A stretch of DNA of 64,000 nucleotides. Origin: an uncultured bacterium (GTDB lineage Bacteria > Patescibacteriota > Microgenomatia > Levybacterales > UBA12049). Below are positions 36,838 to 46,176 of the stretch, one piece after another. The first letter of the stretch is position 1. Every line of letters begins with the position of its first letter. Below the pieces are notes generated by a model. It saw only the letters and a list, made by a program, of their open reading frames with translations. It was not told the origin of the DNA and made no database searches. Position numbers and translations under genes: made by a program. The stretch lies in contig CAWGXL010000010.1 of assembly GCA_963826535.1 (NCBI GenBank), forward strand, positions 106,814 to 170,813. Direction: 5' to 3'.

Positions 36838-38127
36838 ATGAATGAAGGGAAAATAGTTGTCGGCATTGACGTCGGCACTTATAAGATCGTTACAATAATA
36901 GCCAAAGTGATGGAAGATGTGGTTAATGTTTTAGGTGTTTCCGAGGTAAAATCATTAGGAATTCGCAAAGGTCAGATTGTAGACATAGAAGAGGCAGTTT
37001 CGGCAATTAATTCCTCAGTTGAAGCAGCTGAAAGGATGGCTGGCTATAATGTTTCTCACGTAGTAGCTTCAATTGGCGGCAGCCAAATTGAAAGTCAAAA
37101 TTCCCGAGGGGTAGTAGCAGCCTCAGCACCCCAGGGAGAAATAACATTGAGTGATTTGGCACGCGTAATTGATGCGGCAAAAGCAATATCTATACCTTCA
37201 ATTCGCGGGATTATCCACGTATTACCGCGAAATTATATCGTAGATGGACAAGAAGGAATCAAGGATCCTGTCGGAATGTCCGGAATAAGGCTTGAAGTAG
37301 ATACACATATTGTGACGGCTAATAGTGTTGCTGTCCGCAATCTTGAAAAAGCGTTTTCAGAAGTAGGTGTTGATGTTGATAGTTTCGTCTTTAGCGGTTA
37401 TGCCAGCTCGCTATCCGTACTAAATGATACCGAAAAAGAATTAGGCGTCGTTTTAGTTGATATCGGCGCCGGGACAACTGACATTTCGATTTATACCGAA
37501 GGATCGGCATCTTATTCATCTGTATTGGCAATTGGCAGCCGGCATGTAACTAATGATTTAGCCATTGGCCTTAGGATTTCTCTGGAAAGTGCTGAAAAAA
37601 TTAAATTATTTTTATCGCAAAACCAAAGTAAAAAAACAATTACAACCAGTGATCAACCTAAAGAGACTAAACCTTCAGATGAGTTAGATTTAACAACCTT
37701 AAGTTTACCTGAAGAAATCACAAAAGTCTCACAAAAAACACTGGTTGAAGGCATAATCCGTCCAAGACTAAATGAAATTTTCACCATGATCGGCTTAGAA
37801 ATCAAAAAAAGCGGCCTCGGCGGCCAAACTCCTGCCGGAATAGTTATAACCGGTGGAGGGTCATTGACTGTAGGCTTAAAAGAAGCTGCCAGACGCACGC
37901 TTGCCATGCCGGTTCGTATCGGTGTACCAATCAATGTCAAAGGAATAGTTGACGAGGTAGAGCATCCCGCCTTTTCGACTTGTTTAGGCCTTACTATTTA
38001 CGGCAGCCAAAACACATCGGCTAGGACATCCTCTTCCTTTAATTTTAATATGGCCAAAGGTTATATGTCGGGAACCGGGAAAGTATTCAAAAAAATAATA
38101 GAAATCTTCAAGTCTTTTATCCCCTAA
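36838..38127 (+). CDS. ftsA: Cell division protein FtsA
   Basis: GIDVGT, GIRKGQIVDI, VDIGAGTT, VTNDLA, ITGGGS. Confidence 0.97.
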   Translation: MNEGKIVVGIDVGTYKIVTIIAKVMEDVVNVLGVSEVKSLGIRKGQIVDIEEAVSAINSSVEAAERMAGYNVSHVVASIGGSQIESQNSRGVVAASAPQGEITLSDLARVIDAAKAISIPSIRGIIHVLPRNYIVDGQEGIKDPVGMSGIRLEVDTHIVTANSVAVRNLEKAFSEVGVDVDSFVFSGYASSLSVLNDTEKELGVVLVDIGAGTTDISIYTEGSASYSSVLAIGSRHVTNDLAIGLRISLESAEKIKLFLSQNQSKKTITTSDQPKETKPSDELDLTTLSLPEEITKVSQKTLVEGIIRPRLNEIFTMIGLEIKKSGLGGQTPAGIVITGGGSLTVGLKEAARRTLAMPVRIGVPINVKGIVDEVEHPAFSTCLGLTIYGSQNTSARTSSSFNFNMAKGYMSGTGKVFKKIIEIFKSFIP

Positions 38128-38156
38128 GATATTATTCAGGTTTAATTTCGTGGAAT

Positions 38157-39224
38157 TTATAGAATTAATTCTGAAGGATACTTTTGCGAGTCTGATTTAT
38201 ATGCGGAACCTTTTGAAAAGGCGGTCAGATTTGAATAATGTATCATATCTTGAGAAAGCTTAATAAAATCGCTGGATTCTTTCCCAAAATATACTTCATT
38301 TTTATTGAATTCTGTTTGCGATGAAGGTTTTATAAACAAATCAAGAAAATTCATTCCATTTAGGCAACACGCATAAATCCACGCGGGTGGACGAGGATTT
38401 ATTTCATATAAATAGAACTCTCCATCTGTTGTTCGAATTGTCTCAAATTCAATGACACAATCATTCAGGTCAATATTTTTACAAAAAGACTCGACCTTTT
38501 TTAGCATATCCGTGCTTAATTTCAATTTACCGAACCATGTTGCTCCATTTCCATCCATACCAATTTTTTCCATCTCTAAATAAGCAACAACCTCTCCTTG
38601 TTTATAAGCTACTAAGCCATTTATAAATTCCCCTACGATTTCTTTTTGAACAATACAATGAATTTCCTTATTATTCCATATATTACAAATTCTCTTTATC
38701 GCTGCATCTAATTCTTGTTTGTTAGTTGCTCGTATTGCTCCTTTTGTTAGCCCTTTAACAAATACAGGATAGCTAACTTCATCCGCAAATTCTTCACCCT
38801 CTTTAATTGAAGTAATGATCCTTGTTTTAGGATTTGCGAATTGATTATATGTAATATTCTCTAAATTAGTCTTCCTTATTTTTCTGAGTATTTCAATATT
38901 TGGAGCAATTAAATTAAATTTTAGAAAATCAAGCTTTTCACGTATAAAGGAAAATAAGATTGTTGTTTCGTCGTAACAGGGGACAATATACTCAATATCA
39001 TATGCCTTTTTTAAAGTACTTAGTTTTTTGACTAGACTGTCTAGATTTAAATTTCGTATTTCTTCAAGCACAACTGTTTTTTCAAAAAGATCTGATGAGG
39101 TTATAAAGGGTGTGTCATCAGCGCCATATACAGTATGTCCCGCTGCTTTTAGACTTCTAGCCACACCGATTCCTGCTTGTGGACTATCAATAACTTTTAA
39201 ATCAGTAACTAAAAACTTTGCCAT
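38157..39224 (-). CDS. ATP-grasp carboxylate-amine ligase
   Basis: YPVFVKG, IVQKEIVGE, EFE, YLYEINPR. Confidence 0.85.
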   Translation of the reverse strand: MAKFLVTDLKVIDSPQAGIGVARSLKAAGHTVYGADDTPFITSSDLFEKTVVLEEIRNLNLDSLVKKLSTLKKAYDIEYIVPCYDETTILFSFIREKLDFLKFNLIAPNIEILRKIRKTNLENITYNQFANPKTRIITSIKEGEEFADEVSYPVFVKGLTKGAIRATNKQELDAAIKRICNIWNNKEIHCIVQKEIVGEFINGLVAYKQGEVVAYLEMEKIGMDGNGATWFGKLKLSTDMLKKVESFCKNIDLNDCVIEFETIRTTDGEFYLYEINPRPPAWIYACCLNGMNFLDLFIKPSSQTEFNKNEVYFGKESSDFIKLSQDMIHYSNLTAFSKGSAYKSDSQKYPSELIL

Positions 39225-39225
39225 A

Positions 39226-40278
39226 TTAATTTATTAATATTTCTGGAATCTTAGTAATAAAATTTGATGCTTGAGATAGGGAATATGCCCCAACTCTTGA
39301 TAGTAGCATTTTATCACCGACCTCTGGTGTTCCAGTAACAAGGTAATTTTCTGCAATTTTATCAACTTGCATGCAGGAATTACCGAATATATTAATAAAA
39401 ACAGGTTGCCCTTTCTGTTTTTCTGCTTTGTATTCAATGCTATATTTTTTTTCCCAGTAACATGGAAAGTGCATAATATTTGCATCAATAACGACATCAA
39501 TATTTCCACCATCAAGTTCTTTCTTTGAAACAATTGTTGTTTCTAAGTCAAAAGCGTTTTCAACGAGGTTACGACCTACTTCTGAGATAATTAGTATATT
39601 TTTGGGCACTAAACTATTAACAATTTTGGGCAATTCCTGATACATTGCTTTTTGGTAGATTATTTCATCAGCTCCAGGCAATCCTCCTCCGATATCTAAA
39701 TACTCCAGCTCTAAGTTATGTTCTTTAATAAGTTCGTTAAACTTTTCTAGTATAAGGGAATAGTTAACAACAGAAAAGTTATTTGTGGAAAAGTGAAAAT
39801 GGAACCCCTTCAATTTATTCCCAAGCTGTTTAATAACTTTTTTTACTCCCTTTGACTCAACATCATATCCAAACCTATTCCAAATTCCTGGTTTGTTGAT
39901 AAATAGACGTAAGCCAATGGTAATTTTGTCGGTATATTTTTTATCTAAATTTGCAATGAGTTCAATATCAGTATCATTATCAATATTTAAAAACAAGCGC
40001 TCAACACCAGAATTAATAATATCTTTAACTAACGCCACTGACTTTGAAGGGCCATTTAAAACTAAGTGCTTTATATGATATTTCTTAACTAATTCCCATT
40101 CATAATCGGAAACAATTTCAAATGAACAATGTTGATTAATCGTTTCTAAAACAGGCTCCGAAAAGTTCGTTTTTACAGAATAAAAAATTCTGAAATTGAT
40201 TTCTTGCGACACAAAAGCCTCATTAAGCTTTTTAATGTTCTGTTCTACTGCATGTTTTTTAAACAAAAACTTTGCCAT
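39226..40278 (-). CDS. PLP-dependent fold-type III decarboxylase (DAP/Orn/Arg decarboxylase-like)
   Basis: YSVKTN, RFG, HFH, LDIGGG, EVGR, GNSCMQVD, GAY. Confidence 0.88.
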   Translation of the reverse strand: MAKFLFKKHAVEQNIKKLNEAFVSQEINFRIFYSVKTNFSEPVLETINQHCSFEIVSDYEWELVKKYHIKHLVLNGPSKSVALVKDIINSGVERLFLNIDNDTDIELIANLDKKYTDKITIGLRLFINKPGIWNRFGYDVESKGVKKVIKQLGNKLKGFHFHFSTNNFSVVNYSLILEKFNELIKEHNLELEYLDIGGGLPGADEIIYQKAMYQELPKIVNSLVPKNILIISEVGRNLVENAFDLETTIVSKKELDGGNIDVVIDANIMHFPCYWEKKYSIEYKAEKQKGQPVFINIFGNSCMQVDKIAENYLVTGTPEVGDKMLLSRVGAYSLSQASNFITKIPEILIN

Positions 40279-40280
40279 AT

Positions 40281-41128
40281 CTAAAAAATATTCTTTGTTT
40301 TATAATATTCGTAGTCTTTGCCTATTGCATAAAATTCTCTATATTCATACAAGGGAGCAAAATCTAAGTTTATATTTCCTAATTCATATGGGCTTTTTTT
40401 ATTAGAAAAGTGAACTTCCCCTAGAGGAGGCATAATGGCAAGACTCCCCCCATCATTCGATCATTATAAAACGGAGAAGTATATTTTCCAACGGAATTTA
40501 CAAAAACCAGCGCGAACGCATTTTCATAGCTACGAGCAATGCATAATTCTCTATAATACTTCTTTTCTAAAGAGAATGAATACCTTGCCTGCAAAGCATT
40601 TCCGCCAATTCCCCAAAAACTTGGAACAACGATCAAATCAATCTTATTTATATAATGTCTAAATACTTCCGGAAGAATAAGATCCCAACAAATTGCCATA
40701 CCTACTTTTATATCTCCAACATTGAAAACAGGATACTCATTGCTTGATTTACAAATATAATTTTCGTTATAAATTAACGCTTTTTTAGAATATTCTGCAA
40801 GAATTTTCCCGTTTTTTAGTGACCATGTCATATTTTTATATTCTTTGTCATGTAAGACTATTGCGGAACCAAATATAAATGTGGTCTTGGGATAGGAAGT
40901 AGATAGCTTCAATAATTCTTCTTTTACGTTAATTTTCGAAAGTTGTTTTTTGTAACCCACAAAGGCTTCAAGATTTAGCGAACCAGAGAATGTATATTCA
41001 GGAAAGATAACAAGATCAGAATGCTTAATTTTTTTTTTATTTGTATACAAAAGGTTACTAATATTATTTAGATTAAATCTAATGTCATTAAATTTTGGTA
41101 AACTTTGAAAATATGCAATGCTTAACAT
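40281..41128 (-). CDS. Carbon-nitrogen hydrolase (nitrilase family); frameshift in G run near 40446-40451
   Basis: FPEY, YSKK, ICWD (E-K-C triad). As given it stops at 40421; one more G gives GGSLAIMPPLGEV... to TAG 40281, 2 nt before the next ATG. Confidence 0.8.
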
Positions 41129-41131
41129 ACG

Positions 41132-42187
41132 TTAAATAAAATATGAACGATCAATTACTAATTTAGGTTTACGATCCGGCATCTTCAATGGCCGATTTAT
41201 AAGAAGGGGAATATACCCTCTCCGACAACTTTCACCTCTTATACGCTTCTCATCAATATCTCTCACCCATCGGGCACCGTGCCCCAATTCTTTTGCGACT
41301 TTTTCAGGAGATTGTTTTTGATACCACAACCTTCTTATTATTGGATCAATGATTGTTGCATCTACTCTATCACCTCCATAATGCGAAGAATCAGCTATAT
41401 TAAGTTCGCTTACCAAGGGTTTACGTTGTTGAATATAATTAGGCACTCCAATATCTCTAGCCAATGCGTAAACTTCCACTTTATAGAGATCACTGAGGGG
41501 TGCTATATTACCTGCTGGTCCTCCTATCGAATAAGCTGCAAGAATATACTCTGACCCATTAGTTGACCCAACTGAAATTAAATCGTTCTCTTCTGCCATC
41601 GAGTAAAGATTATTTGCTCGTATTCGCGGCAACTGACTACTTCTTGACCATATTTTTCTATATGGTTTTCGAGATGCTTCATATTGATCACCTATATCAA
41701 TATAATCATAATTCAATTTTAAGTCACTACACATCTGTTTTGCGTATTGAATATCAACCCACTCTGCAGGAGTTCCTTTGTAATCCTCAACATTAACATT
41801 AGGATTTCCTTGTCCCATTATTACAGTTTTTAGTTCTGTTCCTTTCTGTTTTGAATATCCCTGAAGCAATCTCGTAATTACCGCAGAATCTAATCCACCA
41901 GAAAGAGCAACAACAAATCCATCACATTTTGGCTTGCTAAATCCGGTAAAGTCAACAAGAGATTTATCCAGATAACTGAATAACGCCTTTACATAAGCCT
42001 CTGTAATATGAATATTCTCAACCCGTACTCTACTATTAAAATTTACCTCTCTCTCGTTGGGTATAGGAAACCATGTACTCGTCTCACTCGAAGGGGAAGC
42101 CAACTTTGTGCGCTCCGCATTTTGTAAATGCATCATATCATTTGAATGTTGTAAAGAACTATCGTAAAGGTAATTTTCTATTTGCAT
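41132..42187 (-). CDS. NadE-like N-type ATP pyrophosphatase/amidoligase (divergent)
   Basis: ALSGGLDS PP-loop, RIRANNLY, STNGSE, PLSDLYKVEVYALA. Confidence 0.8.
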   Translation of the reverse strand: MQIENYLYDSSLQHSNDMMHLQNAERTKLASPSSETSTWFPIPNEREVNFNSRVRVENIHITEAYVKALFSYLDKSLVDFTGFSKPKCDGFVVALSGGLDSAVITRLLQGYSKQKGTELKTVIMGQGNPNVNVEDYKGTPAEWVDIQYAKQMCSDLKLNYDYIDIGDQYEASRKPYRKIWSRSSQLPRIRANNLYSMAEENDLISVGSTNGSEYILAAYSIGGPAGNIAPLSDLYKVEVYALARDIGVPNYIQQRKPLVSELNIADSSHYGGDRVDATIIDPIIRRLWYQKQSPEKVAKELGHGARWVRDIDEKRIRGESCRRGYIPLLINRPLKMPDRKPKLVIDRSYFI

Positions 42188-42501
42188 AATGTAAAAAGTA
42201 TATTGCGTTATTATACCATATTCTCGAAAAACAAGTAATTATATAATAAATTAATAAAAATATAGTATTTACAATAAATAAATATTACATTTAAATATTA
42301 CGTTTATTAAAAATTAAACAAACTTATAGTAATAATTTTAGCGTCTGTTTCAGTAAAATGTTAATGTATATAATTTCAATTATAGGCTTGCAAATTTCAA
42401 AAAAAGGTGTATAATTCTAGCACTCAATATTATAAGTCTTACATCTGCCCCTTATCGAATTTAAAAACGAAAAACTGCCAACATAAGTACTTGTAAGGAG
42501 T

Positions 42502-44433
42502 ATGACAACTTATAGAAATTATAAATTAACTGAAGATTCAACCGGAAAAAAAGCTCATTTTAAAAATAAAAATTTAAAAAATAAAAATCTGGCAGTATTT
42601 GTGCATGGATTTACAGGTGATTACTTATCTACTTGGGGAAAGTTTCCGCAATTTCTAACTAACGATCCAAGATTATCCCACTACGATTTTCTGTTTTGGG
42701 GTTATTCAAGTAATTTACTTACTTCAAAAGATAATTTTATTTCGGATAACATCAAACAGCTTTTTATACAACTTCTTAATAAACATAAGACCAATCAACA
42801 TATAGATGTGGTAGCCCAGAGTCTGCAAACAGAGTTGAAATACATCGAGGATTATGAAAATATTACCCTAATAGGACATAGTCTTGGAGGACTTATTATA
42901 AGATCATATATTATCCAAAATCTAATTGAACGCAAAAAGGAAAATCTGGACAGGATCAATAAAATAAACCAAATTATTTTATTCGGAACACCCAACGAAG
43001 GGATAGATATGGCAAATAACAAATTACTAAGCAGTTTCAATAATCAAATATATGATGTCGGATCATACAATGAATTTATCAATACTTTGAGAGAAGAATG
43101 GATAGAGTTGGTATTTAAGGATAAAAATTTAGGCTTTACTACTTTAATGGTTGCGGGAGAAGATGATTATTTTGTCCCTTTTAAACAAGTAACGAAATAT
43201 TTCCGTGATTCAAGAGAGGTAACTCAGGGTGATCATACAACAATGGTAAAGCCTAAATCAGTTAATGATCTATCTTACAAAATTGTCGCAAATAATCTAT
43301 TAAAGGTTAGCCAAAATAAAAATTCGCCTGAAGAAGGTCATTCTATTCCTAGGCAGATATATCCATCAAGTGAATATTTAAAGACAGAATTAGATAAAAT
43401 TAGAAAATTGATAGCCAGCAGAGGATTGGATGATGAAGATTGGTCCTGTGCTGTTTCTTCACAATACTTTTTGGTTAGACTCGCCCGGCTTTTAAAGATT
43501 ACCGATACATCAGAGTACCTTAATCTTCTGGACTTATTTTTAAAAAGTTTTTATATGAGAGTAGATAATTCGATTATATTGTCTGAGGATAAAATTCTTA
43601 TTACACCTGTGGAGGCTAGACGAATGAAACAATTTATGATTGAGGAAGACAAGAGGGATGATTACTTTACTCGATACAGCAAAACCACAGCAAATAATTT
43701 AGATACGGAGTTACTTCAAGATAATTATCATTATGGGCTTGTAGCTCAAATTAGCAGGGCGAGAGAATTTCCAGATAGTTCAACGCTAAGATTGATACAA
43801 GGACTAGCAATGCAGAGACTACTTTACAGGAATGAGAAAAAACCTATTGATGATCATGGAGGATGGTATCCACAAAGGCTCCCGTGGCTCACTGCCAGAA
43901 TACTCATATCGCTTAAGAATTCGGACTATGAAGTCAGGAGTGATAAAGAATATATTGAAAAGACAGCTTCTAAAGCTATAGATTATTTAATCAGGTCTAT
44001 CTACCAGGATAAGTATTGGAGAAGTGGTGCCGGAGAATGGGTATCGGATTTGGAGTCAACTGCATTATGCCTTGAGGCGATTGATGAGTGGGGGAAAATA
44101 AAAGAGTACGAACATAAAATACTTCCGATAATAAAACATTTTTTGGCATTAGAAAATGAGTGGCTGGAACATCCGTCCTTTGATTCTGAAGAAGAATCAA
44201 ATGCAACCCTCGCTTCTGTCACTCTCTTATGCAATATTCTCATAATCATACATAATAATTTTAAAGAAGAAATTGCCATTGATTATAAAAAATACCTTGA
44301 TTATCTCGCGAGCGTCTTTGATTATATGGTTAAATCCTCTGCTTTGGTGGTCCGTCAATACAATACAATGCCACAGATAACTTTTTATATTACTCGATTT
44401 GTCTTGGCGCTTGATAGCTCATTAGTCAGATAA
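42502..44433 (+). CDS. Alpha/beta-hydrolase fused to C-terminal alpha-alpha toroid (prenyltransferase/cyclase-like) domain
   Basis: FVHGFTG, GHSLGG, FGTPNEG, GEDD, DH; C-terminal GGW..., AIDYL...YW..G.W...STALCL. Confidence 0.65.
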   Translation: MTTYRNYKLTEDSTGKKAHFKNKNLKNKNLAVFVHGFTGDYLSTWGKFPQFLTNDPRLSHYDFLFWGYSSNLLTSKDNFISDNIKQLFIQLLNKHKTNQHIDVVAQSLQTELKYIEDYENITLIGHSLGGLIIRSYIIQNLIERKKENLDRINKINQIILFGTPNEGIDMANNKLLSSFNNQIYDVGSYNEFINTLREEWIELVFKDKNLGFTTLMVAGEDDYFVPFKQVTKYFRDSREVTQGDHTTMVKPKSVNDLSYKIVANNLLKVSQNKNSPEEGHSIPRQIYPSSEYLKTELDKIRKLIASRGLDDEDWSCAVSSQYFLVRLARLLKITDTSEYLNLLDLFLKSFYMRVDNSIILSEDKILITPVEARRMKQFMIEEDKRDDYFTRYSKTTANNLDTELLQDNYHYGLVAQISRAREFPDSSTLRLIQGLAMQRLLYRNEKKPIDDHGGWYPQRLPWLTARILISLKNSDYEVRSDKEYIEKTASKAIDYLIRSIYQDKYWRSGAGEWVSDLESTALCLEAIDEWGKIKEYEHKILPIIKHFLALENEWLEHPSFDSEEESNATLASVTLLCNILIIIHNNFKEEIAIDYKKYLDYLASVFDYMVKSSALVVRQYNTMPQITFYITRFVLALDSSLVR

Positions 44434-44519
44434 ATACTACCTTCCTCAATACTTTTTACTTATTTCATACATTTTGGTACTTGAAATTTCCTCATTAAAT
44501 TAGGTATTATTACAGCAAT

Positions 44520-45329
44520 ATGAGTTGGGGTAAGAAATTAGCGCAAATTTGGATAAATTATGTTCCGCCGGCAAGACCTTCTTACGCCGAACTATGTATT
44601 TATACGGAATATCTTCGTGAGATTCAAAAAAGTTTAAAAAGAAGAGTAGAACTGCTTATTTTAGGATCAACTGCAGAATTTAGAGATTGGGGATTTGAAC
44701 AGTTTCTTAATGTTACTGTTATTGATTATAGCTATGATTATTATTTAGAGTCTGGCAGGGGCACAAAACATAAAAATTTAAACGAGAGGATGGTTCATAA
44801 AAGATGGCAAGATATGGATTTCGAAAATAAATTTGATGTAATTATTGGCGATATGGTAATTGGAAATTTACCGCCGCACGATGTACAAAATTTTCTAGAG
44901 AGAGCCTCTCAGGCACTTACTAAAAATGGGCTTTTTATGACGAAAAGTGTATTTAAAAATGGTAAAAAAACTCCAAACATCGAAGAATTACTGAAAGATT
45001 ATTATTCGCTTCATAGTCATCATCACCCTCTTACAAAAATGCTTTATGGTTTGCTCCTTACATGTAGAGATCCCCATCAGGAACTTTTAAATTTTCAAAA
45101 GTTGTGGGGCAAGTTAGAAAAAGCACACAAGAGCGGATTTCTCAAAAGTGAAACTATGGAAATATTTTCGAAACTAGGATGGAAAGACATTGTGAAATTC
45201 CAATTCAATATACCGGATTTTGATAATTGGGAAAATATGATAAAAAAATCTTTTAATGGGTTTAAAAAAGAATATTGCGGAGATGTTTATAGCCAGAATA
45301 TTCCAGTTTATATAATATACAACTCATAG
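44520..45329 (+). CDS. Class I SAM-dependent methyltransferase
   Basis: LLILGSTAE, VIDYS, WQDMDF..KFDVIIGD, LTKNG. Confidence 0.75.
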   Translation: MSWGKKLAQIWINYVPPARPSYAELCIYTEYLREIQKSLKRRVELLILGSTAEFRDWGFEQFLNVTVIDYSYDYYLESGRGTKHKNLNERMVHKRWQDMDFENKFDVIIGDMVIGNLPPHDVQNFLERASQALTKNGLFMTKSVFKNGKKTPNIEELLKDYYSLHSHHHPLTKMLYGLLLTCRDPHQELLNFQKLWGKLEKAHKSGFLKSETMEIFSKLGWKDIVKFQFNIPDFDNWENMIKKSFNGFKKEYCGDVYSQNIPVYIIYNS

Positions 45330-45330
45330 T

Positions 45331-46083
45331 TCATAATAAATGAGATCCTCCATTCATATATATAATATTCCCGTTGAGAAATTTTGATTTGTCCTCTATT
45401 ATCATCAGCACGACATTCGCAATATCTTCGGTCGTAGATATTCTACCCAGAGGGTTTTTCTTCGCAAAGAAATCCCATGTTTCACGATCCCTACCTCCGA
45501 TTTTATCCCATATCGCTGTTTGCGTGGGGCCGGGTCCAATCGCATTTGTACGAATTCCATATTTACCAAGATATAGGGCCATTGATTTCATAAATGCTAT
45601 TACTCCTGCTGTTCCAACACTATATGCGGTATCTTCTGCTGTTGGCCTTTCACCCATCGCTGAGACAATAATGATCAGATTTGCATTCTCTCGCCCTTTC
45701 ATTAGGGGCAATGAGTATTTCGTAGTCAGAAAATTACCATTGATTTTAGTCTCAACGACGGATAACCATTCTTTAAAAGATAAAACTTCAATATTTTTAG
45801 GTATATGGATCCCAGCATTATTAACTAAGACATTAAGATGTCCAAAATCAGATTTGATACGTTTAAATGCTAGTTTTACACTTTCCCTAGATCTCACATC
45901 AAGCTTTATCATGCGGGCATCAAAGCCTTTCTTAATTAACTCCTTAACAGTCTCCTTCCCCAGTTTTTCATTTGTATAATATGTTACATATACCACGTAG
46001 CCTTTTTCAGCTAGCTTTCTTGCAATAGATTTACCTATTCCTTGTGATGAGCCGGTAATTAATGCTGTCTTAATATTCTTCAT
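45331..46083 (-). CDS. Short-chain dehydrogenase/reductase with atypical YxxxT motif
   Basis: TGSSQGIG, NNAG, YSVGT, IRTNAIGPG, NPLGR. Confidence 0.9.
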   Translation of the reverse strand: MKNIKTALITGSSQGIGKSIARKLAEKGYVVYVTYYTNEKLGKETVKELIKKGFDARMIKLDVRSRESVKLAFKRIKSDFGHLNVLVNNAGIHIPKNIEVLSFKEWLSVVETKINGNFLTTKYSLPLMKGRENANLIIIVSAMGERPTAEDTAYSVGTAGVIAFMKSMALYLGKYGIRTNAIGPGPTQTAIWDKIGGRDRETWDFFAKKNPLGRISTTEDIANVVLMIIEDKSKFLNGNIIYMNGGSHLL

Positions 46084-46176
46084 ACAGTAATTCAGTAAGG
46101 ATTATAGCATCAGTTTGTCGACTGTGCTACAGTAGGAATTGCTTCTAGTTTTGTTGTTTAGGTATAATCAACCTGT

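Noticed and set aside
41132-42187. Functional link between the NadE-like gene and the TIR NADase (NAD restoration)
   Set aside because: They lie about 15 kb apart in independent elements, and the NadE-like substrate motifs are divergent.
45374-45979. 201-aa plus-strand ORF
   Set aside because: Antisense shadow of the SDR gene, a common artefact; no independent motifs.
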